Origin: an uncultured archaeon
Lineage (GTDB): Archaea; Altiarchaeota; Altiarchaeia; IMC4; QMZM01
Assembly: GCA_964549685.1 (NCBI GenBank)
Contig: CAZJVE010000016.1
Coordinates: forward strand, 1-23,754
Direction of reading: 5' to 3'
Length of the DNA stretch: 23,754 nt
The notes under the pieces were generated by a model that worked only from the letters and a program-made list of their open reading frames with translations, did not search any database and was not told the origin of the DNA. A program made the position numbers and the translations under genes. Shown here in pieces: positions 7,656 to 16,319 of the stretch (positions are counted from its first letter, which is position 1; each line of letters starts with the position of its first letter).

Positions 7656-10420
7656 CATCGAAATTCAATTCGGGGGAGATAGAGGGCAAGTGGCTCAAGA
7701 AGTGGCAGGAAGCAGAATTATTCACAGTCAAGCCCGACAGCGAAAGAAAGAAATTCTACCTTACCGTTGCATATCCATACCCCTCTGGGGCTATGCATGT
7801 GGGCCATGCCCGCACCTATACGGTCCCTGACGTAATAGCCCGCTACAAAAGGATGCAGGACTTCAATGTCCTCTTTCCCATGGCCTGGCATGTCACCGGC
7901 AGCCCAGTCCTCGGAACCGCGGAGAGGATAAAACGAAAGGACGAGAAGACCCTGAAAATATACGGCGACCTGTACAAGGTCCCTAAGAAAACGCTTGACA
8001 CATTCACCGACCCCCTCAAGATAGTGGACTATTTCTCCAAGGACTACAAAAGGCTCATGAACCAGATGGGCTACACCATAGACTGGTCCCGTGAATTCAT
8101 CACAATAACGCCGCAATACAGCAAGTTTATCGAGTGGCAGTACACGACTCTGAAGGGGAAGAACCTGGTAAAAACAGGTGAACACCCGGTCCGCTACTGC
8201 CCATCCTGCGACAATCCCGTTGGAGACCACGACCTGATGGAGGGGGAGAGCGCAACCATAAACGAATTCACGGTCATCAAATTCACTTGCGATGGCATTG
8301 TTCTTCCTGCCGCCACCCTGCGGCCCGAGACAGTCTTCGGAGTCACGAACATGTGGCTCAACCCCGATGTTAACTACCTCAAGGTCAGAGTCGGGGAAGA
8401 AACCTGGCTTCTAAGCAGAGAGGCATTCGAGAAGCTGAAGTTCATAAAAGACGGGCTTAAGGAGGAGGGCGAGTTGATGGGCTCTGGGTTGATAGGAAAA
8501 ACATGTGTCAACCCCCTGGACAACAAGGAGGTCCCTATCCTTGAAGCGTCCTTTGTCAAGCCCGGATACGCTACAGGGGTTGTAATGTCAGTCCCGGCCC
8601 ACGCACCCTACGACTACATAGCCCTAAAAGACCTGGGCAGCGACATAGAATCCATCGTCATCATAGACGGCGACAAGTACAAGGGAACCCCTGCCAAGGA
8701 AGTCATCAAGGAGATGGGCATCGAGAGCCAGGAAGACCCGAAACTGGAGGAAGCCACCGAAATCCTCTACCGGGAGGAGCACAGCAAGGGCAGGATGGCC
8801 AAGGACATCAAGGGCTATGGCGGAATGCCTGTCAAGGAGGCAAGGGAAAAGGTAACGGAAGAGTTGGTGAATTCCGGTAGGGGCGACATCTTCTACGAAT
8901 TCTCGGAGCAGCCCGTAACCTGTAGATGTGGAAGCCAGTGCTTCGTCAAGATTCTGAAGGACCAATGGTTCCTCCGCTACAGCGACGAAAAGTGGAAGAA
9001 ATCCACCCACAAGTGCCTCAACGACATGGGCATATTCCCACAGGAGACGAGGGACAACTTCTCCTACTTCATCGACTGGCTCAATGACTGGGCATGCACC
9101 CGGAGGGTGGGCCTCGGCACGAAACTTCCCTGGGATGACAAGTGGATTATAGAGCCGCTCTCGGACTCCACCATATACATGGCATACTACACGATATCAA
9201 AGCACCTCCGGGAAATTCAACCCGAGAAACTAGGCCCGGAGGTCTTCGATTACATCTTCCTGGGGAAGGGCAAGGAGGAGGAAATCTCCGCCAATACGGG
9301 CATCGACAACCTGAAAAAAATCAGGAAGGAATTCCTCTACTGGTATCCCCCAGAATGGAGGCTCTCAGCCAAGGACCTGGTCGGCAATCATCTCACGTTC
9401 CATATCTTCCACCACACGGCCATATTCCCAGAGGAAACCTGGCCGAAGGGAATAGTCGTATTCGGCATGGGTCTTATGGAGGGAGAGAAGATGTCCTCCT
9501 CCAAGGGCAACGTAATTCTCCTTGAGGACGCAATAGACGAGTACGGCAGCGACACCATAAGGCTGTTCCTGATGAGCAATGCAGAACCGTGGCAGGACTT
9601 CGACTGGAGGGAGGACCTCCTGAAGAACACCGCGAGGAAACTGAAGCAGTTCTATGAGATGGTGGAGCATGCCAATGGACTGAAGGACGAGAGCCCGATG
9701 AGGGACATAGACCGCTGGGTTCTAAGCAGAGTGAACGAGGCGATTCTGAACACAAGAAAATACCTCGACGGCTTTCAGATGAGGAAGGCCCTCCAGACCG
9801 GCTTCTTTGGAATTCTCAACGACCTGACCTGGTACCTGAGAAGATGCGAGCCCAACAGCAATGTCATGAGGGAGATAGCGGACCTCTGGGTACGGCTTAT
9901 GACCCCTTTTACCCCATTCATCTGCGAGGAGCTCTGGGAGAGGATGGGCAACGACCTTTTCGTTTCAAAGGCACTATACCCCGATGTCAATGAAGAGTTA
10001 ATCAACGGTGAGGTCATTGTGAAGGAAGACATGGTCATAAAGCTGAGGGAGGACATCCAGAATATCCTTGGAGCAACGAAGACAAAGCCCAAGAAGATAT
10101 ACCTGTATCCTGCTCCCGACTGGAAGAGAAAGCTCTTCGTCGGGATAAAAGCCGGAAAGGAGATGAAAGAGCTCATGCAGAACCCCGAGCTAAAACCGCA
10201 CGGAAAGGAAATCTCATCCCTGATGAACAGGATAAGGCCCGATGACATTCCATCCCTGACCCTCACCATTGATGAAGAAACCAACTATCTCTCCCAGTCG
10301 TCCGATTTCCTGAAGAAGGAATTCAACTGTGATATTGAGATTCAGCCCAAGGCAGAGCACGATCCCCAAGGAAAAGCAAAGGTCGCACTGCCGATGAAAC
10401 CGGGAATCTATTTCGGCTGA
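7652..10420 (+). CDS. leuS: Leucine--tRNA ligase, archaeal type
   Basis: 922 aa with [13 protein letters not shown] (HIGH), CP1 editing motifs AATLRPET and [48 protein letters not shown] and C-terminal [13 protein letters not shown] overlap with the upstream gene. Confidence 0.97.
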   Translation: MTSKFNSGEIEGKWLKKWQEAELFTVKPDSERKKFYLTVAYPYPSGAMHVGHARTYTVPDVIARYKRMQDFNVLFPMAWHVTGSPVLGTAERIKRKDEKTLKIYGDLYKVPKKTLDTFTDPLKIVDYFSKDYKRLMNQMGYTIDWSREFITITPQYSKFIEWQYTTLKGKNLVKTGEHPVRYCPSCDNPVGDHDLMEGESATINEFTVIKFTCDGIVLPAATLRPETVFGVTNMWLNPDVNYLKVRVGEETWLLSREAFEKLKFIKDGLKEEGELMGSGLIGKTCVNPLDNKEVPILEASFVKPGYATGVVMSVPAHAPYDYIALKDLGSDIESIVIIDGDKYKGTPAKEVIKEMGIESQEDPKLEEATEILYREEHSKGRMAKDIKGYGGMPVKEAREKVTEELVNSGRGDIFYEFSEQPVTCRCGSQCFVKILKDQWFLRYSDEKWKKSTHKCLNDMGIFPQETRDNFSYFIDWLNDWACTRRVGLGTKLPWDDKWIIEPLSDSTIYMAYYTISKHLREIQPEKLGPEVFDYIFLGKGKEEEISANTGIDNLKKIRKEFLYWYPPEWRLSAKDLVGNHLTFHIFHHTAIFPEETWPKGIVVFGMGLMEGEKMSSSKGNVILLEDAIDEYGSDTIRLFLMSNAEPWQDFDWREDLLKNTARKLKQFYEMVEHANGLKDESPMRDIDRWVLSRVNEAILNTRKYLDGFQMRKALQTGFFGILNDLTWYLRRCEPNSNVMREIADLWVRLMTPFTPFICEELWERMGNDLFVSKALYPDVNEELINGEVIVKEDMVIKLREDIQNILGATKTKPKKIYLYPAPDWKRKLFVGIKAGKEMKELMQNPELKPHGKEISSLMNRIRPDDIPSLTLTIDEETNYLSQSSDFLKKEFNCDIEIQPKAEHDPQGKAKVALPMKPGIYFG

Positions 10421-10770
10421 TCCTCACTCTTCAGCCTTATCTGGCCCTCAGACGACTTTATCAGTATTATGAAGAGATAAAGGCCGTAGGAAAGAATTAT
10501 CGCGATTGCAATCCCTGTAAAGTCATACATCAGATCAAGAATATCATTGGGGTAGTAGTAGGAAAGCAGCCTGATTCCATCCTTGATAGCCCACAGTATT
10601 ATGGCAGATATCATTACCTTCAGGCTCTTGATAAACAGGGGCGCCCTTAGAAAAAAGAATGCCCTGACTCCCTCTTTCTTCTTACCGCCCAGTTCCCTGA
10701 CTATATCCCTCGCTATGATGAGACATATCAGCAGGACGCATATACTCAAAAAATCGAGCATGAGGTTCAT
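10408..10770 (-). CDS. Hypothetical membrane protein (about 3 TM helices)
   Basis: 120 aa with three hydrophobic stretches. Starts 3 nt after the rpl39e stop and overlaps the leuS 3' end by 13 nt. Confidence 0.7.
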   Translation of the reverse strand: MNLMLDFLSICVLLICLIIARDIVRELGGKKKEGVRAFFFLRAPLFIKSLKVMISAIILWAIKDGIRLLSYYYPNDILDLMYDFTGIAIAIILSYGLYLFIILIKSSEGQIRLKSEDQPK

Positions 10771-10773
10771 CGT

Positions 10774-10929
10774 CTAAAATATTTTATCCCTTCTCCAATT
10801 CCTGTTTGATTTAGGACTGTCCCTGACCCTCCTGTTGGTCTTTGCGAATACCCAGATGGGCGCTCTCTTCCTGACCCTGTTCATCTTGGTCAGGATTCCC
10901 TTCAGCAGCGGTGTCTTCTTTCTTGCCAT
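10774..10929 (-). CDS. rpl39e: 50S ribosomal protein L39e
   Basis: Not in the ORF track. Hand translation gives MARKKTPLLKGILTKMNRVRKRAPIWVFAKTNRRVRDSPKSNRNWRRDKIF (51 aa), matching the L39e pattern PxWVxxKT....RxWRR. Confidence 0.93.
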   Translation of the reverse strand: MARKKTPLLKGILTKMNRVRKRAPIWVFAKTNRRVRDSPKSNRNWRRDKIF

Positions 10930-10967
10930 TGTCTAATTAAAGCATTTGGAGTTTATAAATAAATACA
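10930..10967. promoter_or_regulatory. Divergent promoter region between rpl39e and nmd3
   Basis: 38-bp gap. Palindromic TTTATAAA at 10952-10959 lies 23-30 nt upstream of the rpl39e ATG; TAATTAAA at 10934-10941 lies 27-34 nt upstream of the nmd3 ATG. Confidence 0.5.
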
Positions 10968-11591
10968 ATGCTATGTCCGAAATGCGGGAAGGAAACGAGA
11001 AAAGGCCTGTGCGAGGAGTGCTTCCTCGACAGGAATCCAATCAGGATGAAGGATATAGAGCTCATAATCTGCACTAGTTGCAATCAATTCAGGTACAAGG
11101 GCAAGTGGAACAAAAACCTTGACCGGTCCCTTGAACGAATCATCCTTGACAACCTCGTCCACCACCACGACATAAAAATAAGAGGAATCGAATTCAAATC
11201 AGAGGAGAAAAGGAATAAACTAGAACTCGATATTGATATAACAGCAGAATACCAGGGAGAGAAATTCAAAACCAAGCTGAAATCCTCCATAAAGCTCGAC
11301 AAGAGAAACTGCAAGGACTGCAGCCGGCGCTCCAGCGGATACTATGAGGCAATTCTCCAGTTCAGAATCAAGAAAACCCCCACCGACAAGGACGTCGACC
11401 CAAGATACGTAGCAAAGGTCGAGAAGGTCAGGGGCGGCTACGACTTCTACATCACCTCCATCCGATATGCCAGGCAGACAGCAGCCCACTACAGCGACAA
11501 GGGCTACAAGACCGGGCAATCCCCAAAGCAGGCGGGTGTCAGGGACGGAAAGAGCTTCTACAGGTTCTCTATTTCGATAAAGGAGGCGTAG
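10968..11591 (+). CDS. nmd3: NMD3-family ribosome biogenesis protein (short form)
   Basis: Four CxxC pairs (CPKC, CEEC, CTSC, CKDC) followed by SGYYEAILQFR and GGYDFY. At 207 aa it has no C-terminal OB domain. Confidence 0.85.
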   Translation: MLCPKCGKETRKGLCEECFLDRNPIRMKDIELIICTSCNQFRYKGKWNKNLDRSLERIILDNLVHHHDIKIRGIEFKSEEKRNKLELDIDITAEYQGEKFKTKLKSSIKLDKRNCKDCSRRSSGYYEAILQFRIKKTPTDKDVDPRYVAKVEKVRGGYDFYITSIRYARQTAAHYSDKGYKTGQSPKQAGVRDGKSFYRFSISIKEA

Positions 11592-11666
11592 ATGATGTGG
11601 TTAGTAAGATTGCATAAGAATAAGTTGGTAAAATGATGGAACCCGTTTTCATCACTTTATGCATCG

Positions 11667-12236
11667 TCAATTTTGACTTTTTCTTTTTTTACTCACCATT
11701 TCATCATATTTCTTTTTCCATTTCTTGTATTTTTTGTTACTGACCTTTACTGCGGTACTAACTAAAATAACAACCGGTAGTGCATAGAGGCAGAGTAATA
11801 TGGCTAAAATTAAGGAATTCTCTACTATTGGTTTCATATTAGTGAACACAAACCAACAAAAAAGGACAATAGAATTATAGATGTAGATGGGCATTCCTGT
11901 GGCGATGAGGTAGGCTAAATTCATCACTCTAACTTTCTCTTTGGAAGGACCCGCCCCACTTGTATCCTCCTTTTCAATTTTTTCTTTGATTTTCTCCACG
12001 ATGATTATCGTACCCATAATGAAGAAAATGGGGGCTATAAGAGGAACAGAAACAAAAAAGCCAATAGTAACCGATATTAGTATTTGTGATAAATCAAGTG
12101 GTTTGAAACCGATAAATGTACCGTGCAAAATATAGCCATTAACAAAGAAAATCATAAAGAATAGAAATACGAGCGAGGATTTCTCAATATCCTCCATTAC
12201 CTTTAAAATTTCAGAGATTAAACTCTTTTTCGTCAT
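11667..12236 (-). CDS. Hypothetical membrane protein (about 4 TM helices), AT-rich
   Basis: 189-aa open frame with four hydrophobic stretches and a Lys-rich tail; no recognisable family. Confidence 0.7.
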   Translation of the reverse strand: MTKKSLISEILKVMEDIEKSSLVFLFFMIFFVNGYILHGTFIGFKPLDLSQILISVTIGFFVSVPLIAPIFFIMGTIIIVEKIKEKIEKEDTSGAGPSKEKVRVMNLAYLIATGMPIYIYNSIVLFCWFVFTNMKPIVENSLILAILLCLYALPVVILVSTAVKVSNKKYKKWKKKYDEMVSKKRKSQN

Positions 12237-12320
12237 ATTAATTAATCAGAAAATAAAGCAGAAAAATCACTTTTTGTACAAATCCGAAAGGGTATATGGT
12301 GGATTAGATGATTTTATTTT

Positions 12321-12372
12321 CTAGGCCTCGCGTGCGACACCGCACGGTAGGTCTCGAAAACGCGACAAAACC
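12321..12372 (-). repeat. IS6-like terminal inverted repeat plus subterminal repeat, facing left
   Basis: Minus strand from 12372 reads GGTTTTGTCGCGTTTTCGAGACCTACCGTGCGGTGTCGCACGCGAGGC, homologous to the right-facing end at 12408. Confidence 0.55.
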
Positions 12373-12407
12373 TAGAAAATTGTTCACATTTTTGTAAACA
12401 ATATTTT

Positions 12408-12476
12408 GGTTCTGTCGCAAATTCGGGACTTCTACGAAAAACCTGTTTGCTTGTCGCACGCGGGACTTTTTCTACC
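12408..12476 (+). repeat. IS6-like terminal inverted repeat plus subterminal repeat, facing right
   Basis: GGTTCTGTCGCAAA (12408-12421) is one base from the IS257/IS1216-type IR GGTTCTGTTGCAAA as recalled. An internal second copy TGTCGCACGCGGGACTT starts at 12452. Confidence 0.65.
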
Positions 12477-12482
12477 GAATTT

Positions 12483-12504
12483 GGGATTTTCATTGCAAAA
12501 TCCC
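12483..12504. repeat. 8-bp hairpin upstream of the island genes
   Basis: GGGATTTT-cattgc-AAAATCCC; function unknown. Confidence 0.5.
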
Positions 12505-12549
12505 CACTCAGAAAAACCAGAAAATTTGGTGGGGGTGGATGTGATGTAA

Positions 12550-12786
12550 ATGGATAAAAATGTAGTGCCTAACTCCGATTTAAAGGATGAAAAACAAGGA
12601 TTAAATGATAAGAAAATGCCTGATTTAGTAGATTATATTGCTTATGCTGTATTTGGGGGCTTAATAGCCATTTTTCTTTTTCCCGCTATATCCCCCCACG
12701 TATCAAATTTTATTGTTCTTGGACAGAATGATTATTTTGTTGTAGGGGCGATTATTGGTATTCTTATTGGTTTACGTAGACGATGA
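12550..12786 (+). CDS. Small hypothetical membrane protein (2 TM helices)
   Basis: 78 aa with two hydrophobic stretches. G-rich SD-like sequence upstream and ATGA overlap with the next gene. Confidence 0.65.
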   Translation: MDKNVVPNSDLKDEKQGLNDKKMPDLVDYIAYAVFGGLIAIFLFPAISPHVSNFIVLGQNDYFVVGAIIGILIGLRRR

Positions 12787-13433
12787 TACTCCAAGATTTT
12801 TTTTATACTTTTCAATCAAGCATACTAGCCACTTGGCTTATTGCGGGTATTGTAATTTTATTAAAGAGAAGAGCAGGTAAAAAAGTTAGTAGTGATGATT
12901 ATGTGCGGATAATTCTAGATGCCTATCTAATTGTTTCTTGTATTTCAATTCTTTATTTTATACTTACTGACGGTAGTTTTATTTTTGGAAATCAAATAAG
13001 TGATTTATATATCCCATTGAGCGTTGCAGTAGTGATTTTGTTAAATTATTCTCTAGGAGAGTTGAAGGGTATGGGGGATTACCTCTCTAATACCCAAGAA
13101 AGTGCCGTTAGTGGGTCTAATCAATCTGAAGAAACAGAATCTAAAAAACCTAAAAGTCCAACCAATGGAAAAAAGTTGAAGAAATATTCTAAAACGGATT
13201 TCAACAATATTGAACTGAGCATTATGAATAGATTGAATAAATTATATGGGTATCGTCCATGTAGAATAGAGTTCTTACAAAATGAACTTTCACTAACGGC
13301 TATGGATATGAATAAGGCCATTTTCAATTTGAAGAAGGCTGAGGCAATAACTGCACAAGGCTCTGATGTTAAACATCCTACCATGAGTCTTAATGAAATT
13401 TTTAAAAAAGACCATGAAGAACTATTTGATTAA
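12783..13433 (+). CDS. Hypothetical protein: 3 N-terminal TM helices, polar linker, possible C-terminal winged helix
   Basis: 216 aa. C-terminal FNNIELSIMNRL..CRIEFLQNELSLTAMDMNKAIFNLKKAEAIT has wHTH-like spacing (judged by eye). Confidence 0.7.
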   Translation: MILQDFFYTFQSSILATWLIAGIVILLKRRAGKKVSSDDYVRIILDAYLIVSCISILYFILTDGSFIFGNQISDLYIPLSVAVVILLNYSLGELKGMGDYLSNTQESAVSGSNQSEETESKKPKSPTNGKKLKKYSKTDFNNIELSIMNRLNKLYGYRPCRIEFLQNELSLTAMDMNKAIFNLKKAEAITAQGSDVKHPTMSLNEIFKKDHEELFD

Positions 13434-13534
13434 CATTTAACACTCGCCATCATCAACCCCAACATCTTATTCTCTCCCAAATTCAGGTCTATCCCTGCGG
13501 CCTCGGCGGGTGTAGTGCCTAACTTTTTGATTGG
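13430..13534 (-). pseudogene. C-terminal remnant of an archaeal IS6-like DDE transposase/integrase
   Basis: Hand translation gives PIKKLGTTPAEAAGIDLNLGENKMLGLMMASVKC*. TPAEAAGI..L..GENK is the tail that follows YNxxRPH in these enzymes. No start codon or catalytic core is present. Confidence 0.65.
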
Positions 13535-13678
13535 TTACTTTGCTGAACTTGTAATAAATATCAGTTTATCGCATTTAGGGCAAACCCAGAAGTGTTGTTT
13601 CCTGTAGCCCCCCACATCCTCCTTCTTTTCATTCAATTCCTTTACTGTTATCTTCTCATCACATATTGGACATCTCAT
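13535..13678 (-). CDS. Small CPxC...CPxC zinc-finger/zinc-ribbon protein (47 aa)
   Basis: Not in the ORF track. MRCPICDEKITVKELNEKKEDVGGYRKQHFWVCPKCDKLIFITSSAK; starts 25 nt after the hisH stop on the same strand. Confidence 0.75.
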   Translation of the reverse strand: MRCPICDEKITVKELNEKKEDVGGYRKQHFWVCPKCDKLIFITSSAK

Positions 13679-13703
13679 TTTCCGTTTGAAATATAGTCCC
13701 CAT

Positions 13704-14291
13704 CTATATCTCCAGAAAATTCTTCAGCACCCTCAGCCCCGGTTCGCCGCTCTTCTCCGGGTGGAACTGCGTTGCGAAGACATTCCCTTTTTCTATAACG
13801 GAAGGGAATTCTACCTCATAATCCGTCGTCGCAACAACAACATCATCTTCTGGGACTGGATAGTATGAGTGCACGAAATAGAAGTAATCCTCCTTCCCTA
13901 TCCCGTCCAGCAGCCTGCTTTTCCCGACCTTTATCGAATTCCACCCCATATGTGGAATTTTCACAGATGATGGGAACCTCTTACAAGTTCCCTTAACAAT
14001 CCCAAGACCCTTCACACCGGGGGATTCCTCGCTGCCTTCGAGAATTACCTGTATGCCGAGGCACAGGCCGAGGAACGGCACGTCCTTTTCAATCTTTTCC
14101 AGCAGGACCTCTCTGAAGCCCTCGAGGCGCTGCATCGCGGGTCCGAAGTTGCCCACTCCCGGGAGGATTATCTTCTCCGCCTTCTCCAGCTGCTCTGCCT
14201 TTGTAACAAGCTCCACCTTCTCCCCGAGCTTCATACAGGCATTGCTTATACTTCTCAGGTTTCCTGCTCCATAATCAATCAATGCAATCAT
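13704..14291 (-). CDS. hisH: Imidazole glycerol phosphate synthase, glutaminase subunit
   Basis: IDYGAGNLRSI, ILPGVGNF, LGLCLGIQ, PHMGWN, YFYFVHSY, TQFHPEKSG. Confidence 0.96.
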   Translation of the reverse strand: MIALIDYGAGNLRSISNACMKLGEKVELVTKAEQLEKAEKIILPGVGNFGPAMQRLEGFREVLLEKIEKDVPFLGLCLGIQVILEGSEESPGVKGLGIVKGTCKRFPSSVKIPHMGWNSIKVGKSRLLDGIGKEDYFYFVHSYYPVPEDDVVVATTDYEVEFPSVIEKGNVFATQFHPEKSGEPGLRVLKNFLEI

Positions 14292-15310
14292 TTTATCTCG
14301 TATTCTTCACTTCCCATCCCGAGCTCCTCGGCAATCTTGAGCTGCAGCTCGCCGTCAACGTTCCAGGCCTCCTTCAGGACGTCCTTTCCTGCTGCCTCTT
14401 TTATCAGGTCGTAGGACGCCCTGTCCACGCTCACTATATCTGCAGAGGCAAGGATTCCAACGTCCGGGACCAATGCCTCCTCCTGCACACCGCAGTCGCA
14501 CATGGCAGTGACATCGGTAAGGAAATTGACAAAGCAGGCATTTTCTCCAAACTTCCTGACGACGGAGTTGGCTGCCTCGGCCAGGGCCCGGATATAGTCA
14601 TCGAACCATCCCTCCGGCTGCTGCATTGCTTTCGTTGGACAGACATCGACACAGCGGCAGCATCCCACGCACCTTTTGACGTCCATCTCCGGGAATTCAT
14701 TCATTCTTATTACCGAATAAGGACAGGAATTTACACAGGCGCCGCACTTCTCGCACTTTACCGTATCCACCTGCGGCATCGAGAATCGATGCACGGCTCT
14801 CTTACCGTTCTTTGTCATGCACCCCATGCCCAGGTTCTTTATCGCTCCTCCATATCCCACGCTTATGTGTCCCGTACAGTGCGTTAATGCAACAAGGTAG
14901 TCGGCCTCGTGGATTGCCTGGCCAATCTCAATCTCCTTCACAAGACTGCCCCCCGTCTCAACAACAACGCCGCTCTCTCCATCTGGAGCGTCGGCTATTA
15001 TGACTGGTGCGCCAATCGTTGAGGAGTCGAAACCGTTTTTCCTTGCAGTTTCCAGGTAGTCTACAGCAGTAAATCTACCCCTCGGATATAATGTAGTGGT
15101 ATCGGTAATGAATGGCTTCCCCCCCATCTTCTTAATCTCAGCCACAATCTCCTTGACAAAAGGAGGTTTGATAAATCCGTGGGTGAAGGTTTCCCCCATA
15201 TGTAGCTTCACCGCAACGAGAGAACCCTTCTCTATCCCGGAAACCTTCCGGAGCAGCTCCCTGACCTTGGAAATATCCCCCAGCTCCGTGAGCCTGTAGA
15301 CGTCAGACAT
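14288..15310 (-). CDS. DUF362 domain protein with a 2[4Fe-4S] ferredoxin domain
   Basis: VAVKLHMGE, GGKPFITDTTTLY..GR, LTHCTGH..VGYGGAIKNLGMG, CEKCGACVNSCP, CVGCCRCVDVCP, CDC, PDVGILAS.D.V.VDRAS. Confidence 0.88.
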   Translation of the reverse strand: MSDVYRLTELGDISKVRELLRKVSGIEKGSLVAVKLHMGETFTHGFIKPPFVKEIVAEIKKMGGKPFITDTTTLYPRGRFTAVDYLETARKNGFDSSTIGAPVIIADAPDGESGVVVETGGSLVKEIEIGQAIHEADYLVALTHCTGHISVGYGGAIKNLGMGCMTKNGKRAVHRFSMPQVDTVKCEKCGACVNSCPYSVIRMNEFPEMDVKRCVGCCRCVDVCPTKAMQQPEGWFDDYIRALAEAANSVVRKFGENACFVNFLTDVTAMCDCGVQEEALVPDVGILASADIVSVDRASYDLIKEAAGKDVLKEAWNVDGELQLKIAEELGMGSEEYEIK

Positions 15311-15343
15311 AATTAAGAATGGGATTTATGGACTTAAATTCTT

Positions 15344-16312
15344 TCAGAACCACTGGCTGATGTTCTTTTGGGAAAATTCCTTCATGGCATCGGAGAGATT
15401 CCCTGCAGCCTTCCTGACTCGGTCTTTGGAGAAGCTATGTTCCTCAGAGAGGAATTCCACCATCTCATCTGCCTTGGGGGAATTCCACTGCACCCTGTAA
15501 TCGTCGGTGACTTTAGGATTCAGGAACAACTCTCTTACTTCGTCTACATTACATCCAATATCGATTGAATTAAACCTGTTCTCCCTGACTATCTTGAGCG
15601 CCTTCTTTGGGCCTATTCCTTTAACTCCTGAATTGAAGTCAGTCCCCACCAGAATTGCAACATCTACAAGCTGCTCTCTCGTCAGTTTCAATTCCTCCAG
15701 CGCATTATTGAGATTTATCATCTCGAGCTCGAACCTCCCGCTCAGGGTCAGGCCCCTTACGAGCCTCTCAGCGCCAAGAAGCAGCGAATCAAAGTCCTGG
15801 CTCCCCACGGCCCAGGCATCCCCTTTATTGCAGATATGTACGCACTCCGCCTCTCCTTCGGAAGGGGCCTGCACGAAGGGAATTCCCATCAGCCCCAGCA
15901 GCTTCTTAGAATCCTCCCGCATCTCGCCAGTCATCCTTGAGGTCCTTACCGCAAATTTCTTCGCGTCCTCAAACCTCTTCTCGTCCATGGCCTTCTTCCA
16001 CTCGGCCTGGGCCTTTTTCTTTATCTCTGCCCTGCCCTGCAGCTCCCTCCTCTTAAGCTCCGGCGGCTTGCCATCAAAGACGTAGATGGGCTTTATCCCC
16101 ATCTCCATCAGCCTGCCGGTCCTGTAGAGAATTCCGGACAGGTGGGAAGTAACCCTTCCCTGAGAGTCCATCAGCGGCGTGCCGTCGTGCTGCCTTATAG
16201 AAGCGAGAAACTGGTATAGCGTATTGAGTGCATCTATCGCAATGACCTTCCCCTTGAGGTCCTCAAAGTAGATGGGTTCGTGAGGAATTATATCCTTGAG
16301 GTTTACCCCCAT
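15344..16312 (-). CDS. fen: Flap endonuclease 1
   Basis: MGVNL, AIDALNTLYQFLASIRQ.DGTPLMD, VFDGKPP, QAPSEGEA, SQDFDSLL, LVGTDFN, GIGPKKAL, C-terminal PIP box QKNISQWF. Confidence 0.96.
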   Translation of the reverse strand: MGVNLKDIIPHEPIYFEDLKGKVIAIDALNTLYQFLASIRQHDGTPLMDSQGRVTSHLSGILYRTGRLMEMGIKPIYVFDGKPPELKRRELQGRAEIKKKAQAEWKKAMDEKRFEDAKKFAVRTSRMTGEMREDSKKLLGLMGIPFVQAPSEGEAECVHICNKGDAWAVGSQDFDSLLLGAERLVRGLTLSGRFELEMINLNNALEELKLTREQLVDVAILVGTDFNSGVKGIGPKKALKIVRENRFNSIDIGCNVDEVRELFLNPKVTDDYRVQWNSPKADEMVEFLSEEHSFSKDRVRKAAGNLSDAMKEFSQKNISQWF

Positions 16313-16319
16313 TTTTCAG

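Larger units (their letters stand above)
12408..13534 (-). mobile_element. Degenerate IS6-family-like element with passenger genes (transposase mostly deleted)
   Basis: IS6-type IR at 12408, two AT-rich orphan genes, and a convergent transposase C-terminal remnant at 13430-13534. No upstream IR found. Confidence 0.55.

Noticed and set aside
7652-10420. KMSSS instead of KMSKS in LeuRS
   Set aside because: A common variant in archaeal class I synthetases; the following Lys (KMSSSKGN) and the editing motifs are intact.
11592-11666. Possible second transposase tail (RLHKNKLVK) at the left edge of the island
   Set aside because: Too short and degenerate, with no TPAE motif; cannot be told from chance.
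12321-12476. Palindrome as an integron attC site, CRISPR array or replication origin
   Set aside because: No properly placed RYYYAAC/GTTRRRY boxes, no regular repeat-spacer period, no ORB-like motif or cdc6 nearby; the IS6-type IR match explains it better.
14282-14887. 201-aa plus-strand ORF, and similar long antisense ORFs over fen, ahcY, leuS and sepS
   Set aside because: Lie antisense to well-supported genes and show no recognisable motifs.
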